Positions 63,029 through 64,000 of a DNA stretch of 64,000 nt are shown here, piece by piece. The DNA comes from Haliotis rufescens. Its lineage: Eukaryota. The stretch spans positions 19,096,001-19,160,000 of the forward strand of contig NW_025963879.1 of NCBI RefSeq assembly GCF_023055435.1, read 5' to 3'. Every line of letters begins with the position of its first letter. Position 1 is the first letter of the stretch. A program made the position numbers and the translations under genes. The notes under the pieces are model-generated. The model worked only from the letters and a program-made list of their open reading frames with translations, searched no databases and was not told the origin of the DNA.

Positions 63029-64000
63029 CTGAAACACAAGGGTTTTTGTATTGGCCTTCCAGGCTCGTATACATACAGCTCATGCTGTAGCCATGGTATA
63101 ACGTGTATTCCGTATAGGTCAGTGTTGTATACATCAGGTGTATACACACATAGTGATCACATTGCATCATGCCAGCCCTGTGTACGTGGAAGCATGGACT
63201 GAATTATTGACTCATCTAATTGAACATGTGTGGCTTGTGTTGACTTATTTCTTTTGGCAGTTAAGTTTAATCAGCTGGTGTCCAACTTGTAGGCTGCACA
63301 TGCTTTTGTTTGTGTAGCAAGGCCGTACAATATTTTGGGTCGAATAATTGTTATATGTTGTACTGTAATCATTTTAATGATTTAAATACAATAAATGAAT
63401 GGAATCTTATTTTGAAGGTATTATGGATTTGGGATTTTTTGCTTGTGTAAATAGAAACACCTTTCTGAAAATGACAAAATGTAGTTTCTGTATTCTCGAA
63501 AAAAATGTTTTAGGACAAAAGCATCAGTTTTAAAATTTGTTATGTTTATTGAGTCATGCCAGTTTTCCATCATGTGTATGTTATGCTGATAATGGCAGTA
63601 GTGATAGACACTATTTACATTGTACAGTGCAGGAAGGGTACAATAAAAACACACGCAAGACCCGCTTTAAAGACTTGTTATGCATGAGTGTCCTTTTTGG
63701 ACCTGATTCATTTTGTTATATTGTCTGGGAATAAGTGGTTTCGTTAAATCATTGCTGAAAGTCATGTGACAATAATACCGGGCTGAGGAACTTCAACCCT
63801 TTATCAGGAGCGCAAATGTTGCGAAAATGACGCAGTTACCAGCTGGGCCCGCTCTTTCTTTATTTGATGGTAAACAGAGTTTTCAATAAGATTGTTTTTT
63901 TTAAAATATGCATGAAATAAATGTAAATGGCTCAATATATAATTGTTTATTTGGCATGAAGTTGTTTGGGGTTGTCAATATGGGGGGAAAAAAGTGCAAC

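Overview
AT-rich, repeat-dense animal genomic DNA with two assembly gaps. The SINE content suggests a mollusc, probably a gastropod (inference). I can support no protein-coding exon. The window opens on a consensus splice donor (G|GTAAGT), so it may be one large intron. It contains: (i) four retroposon families (A-D) with related 3' ends but different heads; three have tRNA-like heads, and family C has none and instead starts with a predicted pseudoknot resembling a ribozyme fold; (ii) non-autonomous DNA transposons with readable TIRs and TSDs (Tc2-like, pogo/Tigger-like, hAT-like, PIF/Harbinger-like, MULE-like, and a 2.8 kb P-like element), several of them nested; (iii) about ten minisatellite arrays (18-90 bp units) plus microsatellites; (iv) weak, decayed LINE ORF2 traces. 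The most interesting observations are the pseudoknot-headed retroposon C, an ~850 bp core shared by elements with unrelated termini, a templated copy between two MITE loci, and a tandem array derived from a SINE body. All long ORFs in the track are repeat artefacts. All alignments were done by eye.
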